Shown here in pieces: positions 61,372 to 64,000 of a stretch of 64,000 bases of DNA. Position numbers and translations under genes: made by a program. How positions within the stretch are numbered: position 1 is the stretch's first letter; each line of letters starts with the position of its first letter. The notes beneath the pieces were generated by a model. The model was not told the DNA's origin and searched no databases. It saw only the letters and a list, made by a program, of their open reading frames with translations. The DNA is from Macrostomum lignano (Eukaryota), in the NCBI GenBank assembly GCA_002269645.1, contig NIVC01000583.1:372001-436000 (forward strand), read 5' to 3'.

Positions 61372-61584
61372 ATGGAGAAGCGCGGCTCATTCCTTGGCGA
61401 GCTGCCAAGCAATCGGTCTTATCGAGGCGACGACGGCGGCAGCTTCCACGGCGCTATCGCCGGCGGCGGCGGAGGCGGCGGCGCGGCGGCTCTGAGCTCC
61501 TCCTGGCTGTCTGGCGTCCGTGCCTCCTTCCGCGGCAAGTCAGGCAGCCAGCCGAAGCTCTCGCATCAGACTGGGCGGGTGGCG
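61372..61584 (+). CDS. Probable coding exon of an unknown gene (MEKRGSFLGELPSNRSYRGDDGGSF...TGRVA)
   Basis: GCCATGG start context, GC-rich host-like composition, strong GTGAGT donor at 61585 (phase 0). Confidence 0.55.
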
Positions 61585-61724
61585 GTGAGTGACCAGTGGC
61601 TGAAAGTGCGAGTCTGGATGCAGAACTGTAAAACCTCATCTGTCATACGAGATGCGGGGTTGTAAAACTCTCCTGTCGTTCGTATGTGAAATTGTAAATA
61701 CCTCTATCTGTCCCAGCTCTACAC

Positions 61725-62070
61725 CTGTAAAAGCCTCTATTAATCCTGTAGAAGTCTCTATCAATCCTGTAGAAGTCTCTATCAGTAATGTAGAAGTCTC
61801 TATCAGTCATGTAGTAGCCTCTATCAATCTTGTAGAAGCTCCATCAGTCCTGTAGTAGTCTTTATCAGTCCTGTAGAAGTCTATCAATCCTGTAGAAGTC
61901 TCTATCAATCCTGTAGAAGTCTCTATCAATCCTGTAGAAGTCTCTATCAATCCTGTAGAAGCCTCCATCAATCCTGTAGAAGCCTCCATCAATCCTGTAA
62001 AAGCCTCCATCAATCCTGTAAAAGCCTCCATCAATCCCGTAGAAGCCCCTATCAATCCTGTAGAAGCCTC
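61725..62070. repeat. 21-bp intronic minisatellite (CCTGTAGAAGTCTCTATCAAT)
   Basis: Read directly. Confidence 0.88.
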
Positions 62071-63055
62071 TATCCAACGAAGCGCTAACTCGCACATGTG
62101 CACAAACAATATTAAGGCTCTACTGTCGGCATTGAACAAGTTCAGCGACTAAAAGCAACTGATTAATTTGATTGGTTGGTTTGGGTTTGAGTCAAATGAT
62201 TAGGCATTAAGTGAGTCATTGTTTGTTGAAATTGGTAAGCATATTTTATGCAGTGCCTAAAGTGCAAACATTGCTACATACGGAGAATAGACGCCGCAAT
62301 ATGAGCTCTACCTGTCAGTGCTTTGCTTGCATGCCCCTCGTATACCTGGAATCCCTGCTAAACAATATCAGATGAACTGGCTATATGACCCGTCTAAATA
62401 CAGTACGCGATGTGCTTTAATTATTTCAGTCAATTCGGATTAAGGGCGACTGAAAACCTTGCGCATCACTCCATGCTGCTGCAATTCACACAGCACAGGC
62501 AGTAACCATGACAAGCATAAGCGCAATATAGAGTTTCTCAATTAGTTGAGCAGTTTTTTTAGCATTAAAACAAACACTTTGAAATTAATTATAACAAATT
62601 ATTGCTGTGTTCTTTTATTACTCCACTGTTTAAATCGGAGTTTTAAAAAAAGTTTGGCGAGTAATATAATCACTGATTGATGAAAACATGACAATGATTG
62701 ATGAAATCATGACACAAACAATAAATACTGCTTGCTTATATCGCTTGCTCTAATAAGTTTAAGATATTGCAATAATTAATTTAACGCGTGCCAAATTTAG
62801 TATTTAAGATTAACGCCTTTTGTTCTAATTAATTGTGTATTCAATAATTCCCTTCTACTTTGTGTTTTTATATTGTCAATTATAAATTCATGCTTAAGTG
62901 TCTAATAACTACACCAGGTACTTGGTGTAAAGTGGAGAGAATATAAGGTCACTGCTTAATTAGGTCACTCCGTGAAAATTATGTTAAGCTATGAATTGGT
63001 TATTTAACGACCTAGGGTCTAACTTATGTACATTAACTCCTACCCTAATCACGAA

Positions 63056-63762
63056 ACACGTGCTTGTCACGGGATTCTCTCCCCATAGCCATGATGGCAA
63101 ACAGATCAGGTGCTTGTCACGTGATTCTCTCTCCGTATAGCCATGATAGGAAACAGATCAGGTGCTTGTCACGTGATTCTCTCCCCATAGCCATGATAGG
63201 AAACAGATCACGTGCTTGTCACGTGATTCTCTTCCCATAGCCATGATAGGAAGCAGATCACTTGCTTGTCACGTGATACTCTCCCATAGCCATGATAGGA
63301 AGCAGATCACTTGCTTGTCACGTGATACTCTCCCATAGCCATGATAGGAAGCAGATCACTTGCTTGTCACGTGATACTCTCCCATAGCCATGATAGGAAG
63401 CAGATCACTTGCTTGTCACGTGATACTCTCCCATAGCCATGATAGGAAGCAGATCACTTGCTTGTCACGTGATACTCTCCCATAGCCATGATAGGAAGCA
63501 GATCACTTGCTTGTCACGTGATACTCTCCCATAGCCATGATAGGAAGCAGATCACTTGCTTGTCACGTGATACTCTCCCATAGCCATGATAGGAAGCAGA
63601 TCACTTGCTTGTCACGTGATACTCTCCCATAGCCATGATAGGAAGCAGATCACTTGCTTGTCACGTGATACTCTCCCATAGCCATGATAGGAAGCAGATC
63701 ACTTGCTTGTCACGTGATACTCTCCCATATAACCATGATAGGAAACAGATCACGTGCTTGTC
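63056..63762. repeat. 49-bp intronic tandem repeat (TGCTTGTCACGTGATACTCTCCCATAGCCATGATAGGAAGCAGATCACT), about 14 copies
   Basis: Period 49 counted; no spacers. Confidence 0.95.
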
Positions 63763-63861
63763 GCAAACATTTTCTGAAAACTTTTTCTGACCAAATTCAG
63801 AGATACCGATATGTAGAGTAACGTGCTGTACAGTGCTCAACCTCCCTATCTGGCCCCGCAG

Positions 63862-64000
63862 TCTTCGCCCGCTGCTGCCACCATCGCTGCGGCGACAATC
63901 CTTCTGACCAGATCCAAGCGCACTCATTCCACTACTCATCAGCAACAGCCGCCGCCACCGCCACCCGGCCAGCTCGGCGGCAGCATTCTAGACAGGCTAG
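63862..64000 (+). CDS. Probable next exon of the 61372 gene (SSPAAATIAAATILLTRSKRTHSTTHQQQPPPPPPGQLGGSILDRL...), running off the window
   Basis: CCCCGCAG acceptor at 63861; the phase-0 frame stays open to the window end. Confidence 0.5.

Overview
Repeat-rich animal (invertebrate) genomic DNA. The spliceosomal introns, GC-rich exons full of GGC/CAG runs, very abundant minisatellites and a flatworm-type sulfotransferase suggest a free-living flatworm such as Macrostomum; this is an inference and was not verified. Host genes: a 3-exon Rap1 GTPase (minus), a single-coding-exon class A peptide-type GPCR, an intronless SmSULT-like sulfotransferase, a 4-exon SOWAH-like ankyrin-repeat gene whose introns are mostly minisatellites, an orphan single-pass membrane ORF, and the first exons of a gene running off the right end. 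Mobile elements: (1) a hAT element (4076-10651; perfect 14-bp TIRs, 8-bp TSD ATTGACTT) nested in a second TIR element (2214-11362); (2) a 5'-truncated Penelope-like element with GIY-YIG endonuclease and two covarying minimal hammerhead ribozymes; (3) a 2.2-kb solo LTR just upstream of the GPCR; (4) a decayed Gypsy element carrying two nested solo LTRs; (5) a Harbinger MITE; (6) tRNA-derived SINEs. The most unusual observation is the gene inside the hAT element. It encodes a signal peptide and a lamin-tail-like (LTD) domain, joined through one intron to a ZNF862/KIAA1586-type hAT transposase; retaining that intron gives an immediate stop codon. The same element appears to have produced a 1.6-kb satellite from its own subterminal motif. 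No rRNA, true tRNA or CRISPR array was found.
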